The notes beneath the pieces were generated by a model. It saw only the letters and a list, made by a program, of their open reading frames with translations. It searched no databases and was not told the origin of the DNA. From Giardia intestinalis (lineage: Eukaryota): DNA of 64,000 nt. The first letter of the stretch is position 1. Each line of letters opens with the position of its first letter. Below, piece after piece: positions 50,293-60,400 of the stretch. The position numbers were made by a program, and so were the translations under genes. The stretch is from assembly GCA_000002435.2 (NCBI GenBank), contig CM018789.1; one strand, written 5' to 3'.

Positions 50293-50889
50293 TTACTTAG
50301 CCTCATCTAGTGACAGGAGTAAATTATCGTCAGTAACTGCGGAAATTTCCCTATCAATTTTTGCGGCGGGACACGGGCGCCCTAAAGTAACTCTACTTTC
50401 AATTATGGTTTTTCTCATTCTGGTAATACTCCCCTCACATCGCATATAAGCATACTGACGTGAAGGAGATGTAAAGTAAACAGGAAATTTCCCAGAGAAC
50501 ATGGTTATAGCAATAACACATCGATATATTTTCTCAGCTGATGGCGTTATTTGCGGTCCACCGATAATGGGTATAAACTTTACCGAGTAGAGCTTTGAAT
50601 CTATTTGGGGTGTCATTTGATTTATAGTAGTACTTACTGAGAGACGGATTTGATCTCTTTGGCGATTAGATAATACAAAACCTCTTATACGGCTGCTATC
50701 ATCTATGCCAAAAAACAAATGCCCGCCGTTGGTATTAATAAAGGCATTTAAGTAAATTTGGGAATATCTTCTAATCTCTCGTATAAGGTTCTTTGTATCT
50801 TGTAGTGCTTTAAACTCCGTCTCTTTATCCTCTTCGAAATCTATCAGGTCATCATAGCGGAGGGACTCTGGAAGGGGACGAAGGGTCAT
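50293..50889 (-). CDS. AlbA_2 / Schlafen-like domain protein (198 aa).
   Basis: ATG at 50887-50889. The N-terminal half has the AlbA_2 (PF04326-type) signature ...ETEFKALQDTKNLIREIRRYSQIYLNAFINTNGGHLFFGIDDSSRIRGFVL... (EFK, then AF.NT.GG.L.FGIDD...I.G). It lies in a low-GC island between the two retroelement copies. Confidence 0.55.
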   Translation of the reverse strand: MTLRPLPESLRYDDLIDFEEDKETEFKALQDTKNLIREIRRYSQIYLNAFINTNGGHLFFGIDDSSRIRGFVLSNRQRDQIRLSVSTTINQMTPQIDSKLYSVKFIPIIGGPQITPSAEKIYRCVIAITMFSGKFPVYFTSPSRQYAYMRCEGSITRMRKTIIESRVTLGRPCPAAKIDREISAVTDDNLLLSLDEAK

Positions 50890-51578
50890 CTAAATTTCAG
50901 TAAATGTTGATGAACTTTACATAAACAGTATACAGTAACAAACTGAAGACTGGGCCGTATCGCCCTCCGAATGCCGGGACCAAAGACACCAGGCCAACGC
51001 GGAGGTCTTCGAGCGGCGCCAATGGTGCACAGGGCTGAAGCCGGAGGTTCAGGATCTGCTGCCGAGGGCAGCCGGCGCCCGGTTGTCGGGCCGGGTCCTC
51101 CGAGCTGCCCCGCGATCGACGACGACGCAGAGGCGGGCATCAAGGGCGTCGTCTCCAGATGTCTCCCAGGTCGCTGTACGCCCCATGCAAGGCATTGATG
51201 GAGCCACTTGCCCCGATGGCAGTTTCGACACCATCCTTCAAGGGCGCGCTGGACGCGTTTCTGCGCTGAGAGCGGGAGGAAGGTAAGCACGAAGAGAGCT
51301 TGCTCTGTCCATTGAGGTCGGCTGCTAGCCACTATTAGCAAGTCCTTCGTGCGGGCCGCCGCGCGGTGGCTCCCTCACTCATTCATCCAGAACTCGAACT
51401 TGGGGGTCGCCCACCTCTGGAGAAGAGCCTTGTGCTTCCTCCCTAGGGGGCCGTTGTTACCCCGCGATGCGTTCCTCTGGCCAATCTGGGCCAGCTGCTC
51501 CCTGCACCCGGTGGGCACCTGCTACCCCAGGGCTATGCAGCTCGCCTTCTGCCTCATCGAGGCTGATCTGCCACCTGC

Positions 51579-54050
51579 CGGCCGAGCAATCCGTACCCCG
51601 TGCAAGTCCTCCCCGCGGAAGGCGGACCCCGCCCGTTCGCCGCCCCAAGCCCAGAGTCCGGGGTTCGGGTCAGAACGTCGGTTGAGTCCGGGGGAGAAGA
51701 GCCCGACCGTGCACGCCAGCTCTGGCATCAACCGGAACGCCCTTCATACCTGCCGAGGAGCTAAGGCGCAATCCCTACCACCCAGTAGCACGACCGAGGC
51801 CACGGGGTTGAGCGGACGACAGCACCAGAGCGCCCGGCTGCTCGAGGCCCGGCGGACCAGAGGGCCTCCGTGAGGAAGACAGGGACCCGGCTCGTCCAGG
51901 GCACTGCGAAGCGCCGCCCCTCGCCGGGGATGCGCTCCGACGCCAGGAGAACGAGGGCCGCGGGCACACGTGGACGCCTGATAAGACGGCGGAAAAGCCG
52001 CGCCTCTCGTGCGAGCACGTGAAGCACTCATGAGCGCGCTTCCGGTGCTCCAGGTCCGGCCCGGGCCTCAGGAGCCCACTGAGACGGAGCATCCTACGCT
52101 GAGCGGCACCGGGTGAACGTTGAACTAGTAGGAGCGGAAGAGCACGTGCCTGTCCTGAGCGAAGACCCTCCGCGGCGAGGCCGTCCAGACGCATGCAGCA
52201 CAGACACCGGATGCAGGGCGCTGCTGAGTGGGGCAGCGGGGATAGAGAAGGACATCCCCCTCAGCGCCCGTCGTGTGAACGTGCTCAGGGGAGGGTACCT
52301 AACACCCCGCAGAGCTCCAGTCGAGAGCCGAGGAGACGTGCCTCCCCACACAGCGGGGAAGCGGAGGAGCGGCATTCACCGGCCCGCTGCCCGGCTTGCA
52401 GCCTCTGCCTCGCCTCGAAGGGGAGCTGCCCCCTAACAGCGCCACCGACGACCAGCACCTTGCTATCCAGAGGGCCGGGTCAGGACGGCCTGGACCTACG
52501 CTGGCGAGTCCATCCGGGTGCAGGCCTTCAGCGAGATCCTCGGCGCGATCCATAGGATGGGATGCGTGCTCTGTACGGTTCCGCCTGGCCCTTCCCCAAG
52601 AATGAGACAGGACAACCACGATCAGGGGACGATCATGATGCGCTCCACAAGGTAGTCCCGAGTCCCCTGGAGACCCAGACACTAGCCTTCCCGAGACAGA
52701 GCAGACTGCGTTCTACTGACTGCACATGGTGGCGTTCGCATGGCACAGGGAGACACAGGCTGATGGGCACGGCGACCTCGCTCGACATAACGAGCACCCC
52801 GACAGCAGACGGCCTCTGCCGGGCGAGTGTGCCCCGTCCCGAGGAGCTGCGTCGAGGCCTTCCTCCGGCTGTGACACGCCGCACCCCTGGGCTCGGTCCC
52901 TCGGGGCCCTACGCATGCTTCTGTGCTGCGCGGGACAGAACCTGCTCGCCAGGAGCTGAGGAGAGACCCCGCTCAGTGCCCATGCCGACGACACACTCAT
53001 CTTCCATAGTAGCAACAATGACGTGGCGGGGGTAGTCACAGAGGCGGCAGGCCTGGTGAAGCAACATGGCTCGACGGTCAACACTGACAAGTATAGGAAC
53101 ACAGAGGGGCAGGAGGCCTCCTTCCTGGCCGGTCGAAGGAGCTCCCAGGGCAACGGAGGGCCGAAGCCAGTGATGGCACTAATCACTCGCCACGCTGGTC
53201 GAGATGGACCCGCACGTGGCCTATGTGAATCCCTCGGCAAGAGATGGGAGCCTTGGGGTGCTTGGCTGGCAGAGGCGGACTGATCCTGCCCACACCGAAG
53301 AGTGGCGGCCTGGAACACCTGTCTGGCGTCTGCCGCAGCAGTTGGTAATCCCTTGACACCATCGAGTAGACGGGTGCCGGTTGTAGAGAGACGGCCTGAC
53401 AGCGAACCGGTCCTGATCGCTCCTGGTGCCTCAGACGACGCCTCGACAGACCGAAGCATCACCCCAAGTGTGCTGTGCAGATGGACCAGCCCACAGGTCA
53501 GCTAAGCCAGACACGCTGCACAGGGTGAGCGTCGATGTGATCTCGTGCTGGGTGACGGACCAGCTGCAAGAGTGCACTGTGATTCATGAATAGGAGGGCA
53601 AACCAGAAGTCAGACCTCTCCTCCAACGCCAACGCATGGGAGTACTCCGCCGGCATCCACGAACGCGTACTATGACTCCAAGACAGAGGCGCACGAGGAG
53701 CGCACCCTCCGGTCATACTCGGGACTGATGGTGCCCTCCACGAAGAGACGAAGAGGCACCCCGAGGAACGGGGTAGACACCCGGGGTCGTGGCGTGGGAT
53801 CTTCGTCGTAGAGCATCAGCACCACGAAGCAATCCTGGAGTACATTGCCAGAGTCAATTGCTCTTGAGACTAGATCGCCGCGACTGACGCAAGGCCCTGA
53901 GATAGTAGGTGCCCACCAGTGCCAGACGGTAGTTGACCCCGACGGGCCAGAGGAAGGAAAGTCCTAGGGGCACCGCGAGGAGCGGCAGCTTTTAGGAGAG
54001 CTGGGACATAGGGGTTCTTCCGCCGGGATCGAGGGCATCCGACTCTCGGA
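51579..54050 (+). mobile_element. Copy 2 of the 2.47-kb GilD-like non-LTR retrotransposon fragment. It probably extends further 5' than copy 1.
   Basis: Near-identical to 42836-45307. The ORF 51349..51873+ crosses the 5' repeat boundary in frame, continuing upstream into the GC-rich 690-bp segment 50890-51578. This suggests copy 2 is the longer, less truncated element. Confidence 0.7.
52963..53283 (+). pseudogene. Reverse-transcriptase remnant (copy 2), identical to 44220-44540.
   Basis: Same ...LSAHADDTLIFHSSNNDVAGVVTEAAGLVKQHGSTVNTDKYRN... frame, offset by 8743 bp. Confidence 0.55.
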
Positions 54051-54324
54051 TCTTGGACGGTAAGCAGGAGACCCATCCAGTGCAGTAGCTTGCACGAGGG
54101 AATTTGCTCAGATACACCTAGTGAAACGTGTCTGTTCGTCACATCCCCTACTTTCCCCAAGTCAAATGCCAGAGCCTTGGGGGCCTATTGGTGCTTTGTT
54201 GAGGACTGCTGTGCACAGACCCCAGATGCTCGACTAGACAGACTATCAGTGAACATGTTTATTGGCGACCTTTGGTCTGAAAAATTAGCGAGAGTCCGGC
54301 CCTGCTTTCCGACTGCCCTGCGCT

Positions 54325-55992
54325 ATGAGTTTTGCATATCTGTCCCCTGAGGAGCTTGCAGAGCAGCATCGACGTGGGACAGAGAGAAGCAATATCAGGG
54401 CACTCCAAGACACAGAGGAAAGGCGTCGGCGACAAGCGATGTGGCGTCGCATTGACTCCCAGGTGCGCAGAGACGACGTAGCAATTACTGCGTGTATGAG
54501 CCAGCTTCGGGGACTAAAGCTACAGGCGGCGCACTATCTCGATGTTCTAAACAGCACGACGACGGCGATTGCAGATCTTGAGGCCAAGATACATTTGCTG
54601 AGCCTGAGCTCTGAGGACATCAAGACACAGCTATGCAGAGGCTCATCGTGCTCTTCAATGAAACGCCCTTGTAGTTCTTCTCTCATTGCAGACCGTGACA
54701 GGCTGTATGGTGATATGACGAATGATTGGAAGGTGCGTGAATCTGACGGCTTTCTTCCTCACAGCTCTTCACCTCGGCCCAAGCATTCTCTTTTCTGGAA
54801 GGAGGTCCACTCATCTGGGCAGCCGGCTCAAATGGCCTGCGAAGATTCATTCTACGATTCACCCTCTGAGGAATGCGAGGCACAAACGTGTGCACTCGCT
54901 GGAAATATAGCCCACGAGTCGGCGGCGAGCATCCGTTCATCCCGTCACAGGCGTCTCCGCACATCAGCCACCAGACCGCATGCAAATGGCAGGTTTTCTG
55001 ACCCCGTTGCGTTTGACGAGCTCGACTATTTCAGGAGAAAAGTTTCTGCATTGCCACCTATGGATGATCTAGTCTCCTTACGTGCAGGCCATCCAGAAGA
55101 ACAGAACACAGTAAGTGGAACGTCTCTGTATTCTGGAGAGCCACGTCTCAATGAGCCCCCGTGCAGCAGACCCTCGTCAGAAGACCCTCGCCAGCTCAGG
55201 AAGAACCTTTTCACCGTGATCGATAAGTATCGCAATGGGTGTACATACTCGCTGATCTCCCTCTTTCCGCCGCTCGACAAGCTCTACCAGCTCTTCGCCG
55301 ACGCGCAGCCGGCTCTTTCGGCTATCAAGGCCTCCATTATGATAGGTGTGACCCTTTTTAAGATAGCAGAGTTTGTTCGCGAGCTCCTCAGCAGCGACGC
55401 CTTCTATAAGTTTGTGCTTGCTCTGGACCCGGCGGACCTTCCTCGCCTACCTGCCTCCTTGGCAGAGGCTCGGACCATTCTTAGAGATGACGGCGCATCA
55501 TCGCACGGTGATAGCGGTATTTACAATACAGTCAACTTACTGGTGTCTCTACGCATGTACGTCAGGGCCCACTGGTTTGACTCCGTTCAGTCCAGCTACG
55601 GCAACTTCCTGCACCGCTACTACCTCAAGTTCTTGCAGATCAACAGCATGTCCAGGATCACTGTCCCGCTGTGGCCTCAGTACAAGCGCGTCCGCCTATT
55701 CAATGCAGAGAGGCACCTTTTGCGAGACGGCGAGCTGGACTTTTCGTTCCTCTATGCAATCCTCTCCACATTTGCCATCCTCCACGAGTTGCACATTCTG
55801 CCCGTTCAGAGGGCCACCTACGGACATCACGAGCTCAAGATGTGTGAGCACGCAATGGAGCACGGCACGATGGTGCAGCCGTCGAGTGGAGCAGCCAGGT
55901 ACACGTGCATCTGGCCTGCGTGGGTGGACAAATACAATAACACGTATATAGGATCTCGATTTCGTAGGCACAGATCAGCGCAGTCCTCATAG
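54325..55992 (+). CDS. Hypothetical protein (555 aa).
   Basis: ATG-initiated long ORF immediately 3' of repeat copy 2. I recognised no domain. Confidence 0.55.
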   Translation: MSFAYLSPEELAEQHRRGTERSNIRALQDTEERRRRQAMWRRIDSQVRRDDVAITACMSQLRGLKLQAAHYLDVLNSTTTAIADLEAKIHLLSLSSEDIKTQLCRGSSCSSMKRPCSSSLIADRDRLYGDMTNDWKVRESDGFLPHSSSPRPKHSLFWKEVHSSGQPAQMACEDSFYDSPSEECEAQTCALAGNIAHESAASIRSSRHRRLRTSATRPHANGRFSDPVAFDELDYFRRKVSALPPMDDLVSLRAGHPEEQNTVSGTSLYSGEPRLNEPPCSRPSSEDPRQLRKNLFTVIDKYRNGCTYSLISLFPPLDKLYQLFADAQPALSAIKASIMIGVTLFKIAEFVRELLSSDAFYKFVLALDPADLPRLPASLAEARTILRDDGASSHGDSGIYNTVNLLVSLRMYVRAHWFDSVQSSYGNFLHRYYLKFLQINSMSRITVPLWPQYKRVRLFNAERHLLRDGELDFSFLYAILSTFAILHELHILPVQRATYGHHELKMCEHAMEHGTMVQPSSGAARYTCIWPAWVDKYNNTYIGSRFRRHRSAQSS

Positions 55993-56013
55993 GGCTGCCC
56001 AGTGGAGCTGTAC

Positions 56014-56886
56014 CTACTGTGCCCCCGTACTCTTTAAGGGCCACGAGAAGCCCTGGCTCTTCACGTTTGCAATGACCCTCTCTGTCGAAAAGCTGGTCGG
56101 CTTGCCGCCAAAGATCCAGTTTTTATAGGCAAGCATCATGGTCAACACGAAATTGTCACACCACCGCGAAATGTTGAAGAGATTCGATCTATTCTTTAGG
56201 ATCCGCTTCCGTACGCTAAAATAGTAGCCGCTGTCTACTGCCAAGCGGCTGCACAATAGTACGGCCTCCCCTTGGGACGCGCAAATTAGGTCTTTGCATT
56301 CTAGGACGCTCAGAAACGAAAGGGTCTTCCGGCTAAGAATGTACTCCCCTACAAACCCAACTACAGGAACACCCGACCACAGCGCGTCGAGCACGATGGT
56401 GCTTCCGTTGCACTTCAAGGTGTCCACGAACACATCAACGGCCAGGTAGCGCCGTATGTGCTCCACCTTCATTGGAAGCATGCTTAGAAAGATGACCCTA
56501 TCCAAGATGTCCGGCGCCTTGTGTCTAAAGAACGCCTCGATGTGCAGCTGAGACGCAGGGGGAAACTTGAGGAGCGCATAGTACGCATTAGGCACACTGC
56601 GCAGCAGAGAGGCGATGATCCCCAGCGTTCCCATGTCGAACTTGTACACTTGATTGAACGTGCAGAACAAAAAGCAGTTAGCCGGTATCCCATAGAGCGC
56701 GCGGATGTTCTTGCGATATAGAGGCAGCTCCAGACACACGCGGTGACTGGTGAGATCAGAATTATTTTCACTCTTCTCCATGCTAGCTGGAACTGCCGCT
56801 TCCGAAGCGATTCTTTGCAGCGGATAAATGGCCTTCAACAGCGGCTCCATCTTCTTGATCATGGATCTATCTCTGCCGCCAACCAA
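56014..56886 (-). CDS. O-GlcNAc transferase-like (GT41) C-terminal catalytic lobe only. It is either a fragmentary or pseudogenised OGT paralogue, or a domain-only protein.
   Basis: 290 aa. It aligns colinearly with the human OGT C-Cat lobe. LFCTFNQVYKFDMGTL...ALLKFP...RVIFLSMLPMKVEHIRRYLAVDVFVDTLKCNGSTIVLDALWSGVPVVGFVGEYILSRKTLSFL corresponds to VYCNFNQLYKIDPSTL...WLLRFP...[62 protein letters not shown]. No N-terminal catalytic lobe or TPR array lies upstream. The first codon is TTG, and in-frame ATGs are at 56862 and 56850. Confidence 0.55.
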   Translation of the reverse strand: MVGGRDRSMIKKMEPLLKAIYPLQRIASEAAVPASMEKSENNSDLTSHRVCLELPLYRKNIRALYGIPANCFLFCTFNQVYKFDMGTLGIIASLLRSVPNAYYALLKFPPASQLHIEAFFRHKAPDILDRVIFLSMLPMKVEHIRRYLAVDVFVDTLKCNGSTIVLDALWSGVPVVGFVGEYILSRKTLSFLSVLECKDLICASQGEAVLLCSRLAVDSGYYFSVRKRILKNRSNLFNISRWCDNFVLTMMLAYKNWIFGGKPTSFSTERVIANVKSQGFSWPLKSTGAQ

Positions 56887-56895
56887 CCGTCCGTT

Positions 56896-57375
56896 TCAGA
56901 TCGGCTGGACCTGGAAAAACACATTGTCACCGGTGATGAGGATTCTATCGTTCATCAAAAGCTCGTCCCTCCCCTCGCTAGCCGAGTTTGTCGACACCCC
57001 ATTCTTAGTCTCCCCCTTCATCTTCGCTATTTCTGCCAGCTCCAGCTCCAGCTCTAATATCTTTGAGCTGTGGGCTCCCTCGTCCTTGTCGCCGCCTCCA
57101 ATCGGTGCTTCCGAATGTGTGCGACTCCCTATTCCACTATCCACAGACGACGACGTTGCATCGCTTCCGTCCAGGCTCAGAATATTCTCTCCAGCAGCGC
57201 TGTGATGGTTCACATCTATATCGGGCTTGCTGTCCTGAATGAGACTTCTGACCTCCTCCACAGTGACCTTGAGAATATCCGCGTGCTCCTCCAGGAGAAT
57301 CGCATTGCTATAATGCATACTATGGCTGGGGCAAATGAAGCATCCCGGCATTGTGATGACGTGCTCGGAATACAA
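56896..57375 (-). CDS. Upstream ORF in the same frame as the OGT-like fragment, separated from it by a single TGA (56896-56898).
   Basis: 159 aa ending ...ITGDNVFFQVQPI, then TGA, then NGRLVGGRDRSMIKKMEPLL.... It may be the 5' part of one disrupted gene. No OGT N-lobe motifs are recognisable in it. Confidence 0.3.
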   Translation of the reverse strand: MYSEHVITMPGCFICPSHSMHYSNAILLEEHADILKVTVEEVRSLIQDSKPDIDVNHHSAAGENILSLDGSDATSSSVDSGIGSRTHSEAPIGGGDKDEGAHSSKILELELELAEIAKMKGETKNGVSTNSASEGRDELLMNDRILITGDNVFFQVQPI

Positions 57376-57496
57376 GTGCGCATAGTTTAGTATAGAAGAA
57401 AAATAGTTATATGGAAACTTCGAATGGGCCCACTTGATAAAGAAAGACTTGAAGGTTTAAATGATGTAAGTATACTAACTGGGCTTGAAGATGTCG

Positions 57497-60400
57497 TTAC
57501 ATTACTGTTTGAACACCTGGGCAGGGCACTGTGTTAGATACATTTCTCCATATTTGATTGTCATATTGGTCTACTGCCCCGATGCAGACGAACAGCCTGC
57601 GTGCCCGGCTTACAGCCACAAGGGACCTACAGAGGTTATTCCTGAATTCATTACCTCTGGGGCCCGACAACGACAGGAAGACGACATCTGCCTCGAGCCC
57701 CTGATATCCGTCGCTGGTTTCGACGTCCAAATTAAGACGCACCTTCAGGTGTGTATCGCTGTCTATGGTGAACGTAGTATCGCTGCACATGTTCCGCAGG
57801 ACAGCTATGACAGGGTCGGAAAGAATGTACTGCTTTTGCGAGTGATATAACGATAGCAGAGCAACACTGATAGAGACTTCGTATGCATTGATCGCTGGAC
57901 TGTATAGTAGCAGGGTTTTGCTTTGGGGCGCCGAACTGTTGCTTATTATCCTATAGACGATGCGAAGCAAAAGAATGAGTGCAGCATTCTTTTCTTGTTC
58001 GCTTATACAACAGTTCCTCGTGTCCGTCATATCGGGCAGAAGTTTCTTTGTATCTGAGGACTGTATTATGGGCGGTGGACAAAGCGCTATTCTCTCGTGT
58101 ATATTTTTCAATAGATTATTGATTTGGCTCCGCTGGACTGCTGGTTTGTCCAAGTTGTCTGGCAAACAGAAGAAACAGCGCCCTTTAAACTCTGATAGTA
58201 TGACTAAGTCAACATAGCTTTTGAAGGTCACGTTAGGTATATCCCGCAAGCCCCCTTTTATACAGCACGACTTGGGAAGTCGTGACTCATAGAGGGACCG
58301 GTACAAATCTGCGATTTCTGGGACGCTTCGCGCCTGTTCCTCCAGCGTTACTATGGGAATGCCTTCGCGGGAAGAATAGCATAGCCGATGAAACAGTGAC
58401 CAGTCGAGTGCTGCCGTGGACGTTAGTTTGCAATCTTGTATCAGGGGCGGTAGTTGGAGGACGTCTCCGATTAGGATGAGCTTATCAAAAGTTAGCAGTA
58501 GTAAAAGGGCTAGCTCGTGCTCGGCGAGCCGCGCTGCCTCCTCTATTATGATGTGTCGCGCCGGATTTTTCTGACATCGATAGTTGATCATCCTCATCGC
58601 TAAATCCCCATTAGCTGTTCTTCGATTTGCCTTCTTGCTTGTGGATTTGCCCCCGACTACGTCGACGATGGTCTGTATCATTTGGTGTCCACGTTCGCGC
58701 ACATCCAAAGGGTCTCCTTCGAAACGCTCGGATTGCTTCTGCAGGAACTGGACCCTGCTGCTTACCCCACTTATTGTGCCAACGACGATAGTGGCATGAT
58801 TCATTAGCCAGCTTATGTACACCATGTAATCGCTCAAAATGAACTTTAATAGATTATACTTTCTTGAGCGGATAGGGAGAGAATCCCTATTAGCCTCGCA
58901 ATAACGCAATATCTTCTTCGAGAGTGCGGAGAAGGCGCGACTTGGACGGGAGGAGATCTCATTCTGCATCTCGGCAAAGTCTATCTCCGTAACGCGCAAC
59001 TCGGTGGCGACATTGACGAGGTACTGAAGTGGCATGAAGTTGCGCACAAATGGATCAGAAGACCGTTCTCCAATTCGTACAGTGAATGGGATGGTGTACG
59101 CGGCCCAATTGTCTGCCGTGAGGATATACTTTGCCAGCTGATCTGCTGCGTTGTTGCTATGTGCAACAAGGAAAAGCTGCATCCCAAGATGAATATCTGT
59201 GAGCATATCGAGGCAGCTAGCATATGTCCGAATCGAGCTTGCGTAGGCGGAACTGAAGGCTCTCCACTCGGCGTCCCCTGTTGCAATATCGAGGCTTGTC
59301 CTTATCCACTTGGAATCAGCGCCTTTCGTAAGCAGCAGGACCTTTGAAATGAGAGAAAGCGAGGTTGACTTCCCGCTTCCCGGACACCCAAGAATCAGTA
59401 GGAGGGGAGAAAGGACGGCATAAACGAGGGCCTTGAACTGCGACGGCCTCAGCGTCTTTTCTGTGAGGAGCTGCTTGCGGGGAACAAGCTGCGTGCCCAC
59501 CTCCAAAGCTGGCTCTGTGAGCGTCACCCGGCAAGGCTCAACCTCTAGGTCAATCGAGCTGATATCGATCAGAATGCTTGTCCGAGGATCTGCAGAGCTG
59601 GCTGGAGAAAGCCTCAGGTGCACCGGGGTTCTGTGCATAGTGGTGAGCGCCTGATAGATGCTCCCCATTGCGCCTTCGATATAGGAAGGATCTCGATCAG
59701 AGACGGCAGCATATCCGTAGCATATGCAGGAGTTGCAAGGAAGCCTGAGCTTGTCATATCGGCCCAGAGCCAGTGCACTGAAGTTGGGGGACATGTCATC
59801 AAAGCGCCGATAGTAGAGGTCCAGCAGGTACTCTGCTATGCACTGGGCTGCGTCTAAGTGTAGGCTGACAGACGGGTGAGTCCACGAAATGTAGAATGCG
59901 AGGGAGCCGGGGCTTATCGCATATGCACCGTATGCCTCCCTGAGCATATACGTGTCGAACTCTGCCTCTGCTAGCTGGATGTTGAAGACACTCGTTGTCT
60001 TGTCGGTTGAGGTGCAGTCGTCCATGCCTTTGCGCAGCTGACTGCACAGCTGGCACGTCCTTGCCACGTAGATGGCCTGGATGGTCTTCTCCGGCAGCGC
60101 TACTTGATAGATGAAGGGGTACTGCTCCAGCCTCCCGTTGTCTCCGTACCTAATTCTGCCGCGAACCGCCTCCTCGTCGACATAGAGCGCCAGCCTCCCG
60201 GAGTCCTCGAACGTCAGCCCTCGGATGGTGTGCTTTGGGTTACAGAACGTGCTGCTGTCCGACAACAGCTTCACGGTTATCGCAGAGTATATCTCGGCCA
60301 GACTGTGGTACGACTTCACCCAGAGGTAGCCGAGGCTGCACGCCGGCGCGAGGAGGGTGCTACACAGGAAAAGCGTCCCGGTGTCGTATCTGTGCATGAT

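Noticed and set aside
50051-50449. 132-aa plus-strand ORF in the AT-rich island
   Set aside because: It overlaps the AlbA_2-like gene in antisense and is hydrophobic low-complexity AT-driven sequence.
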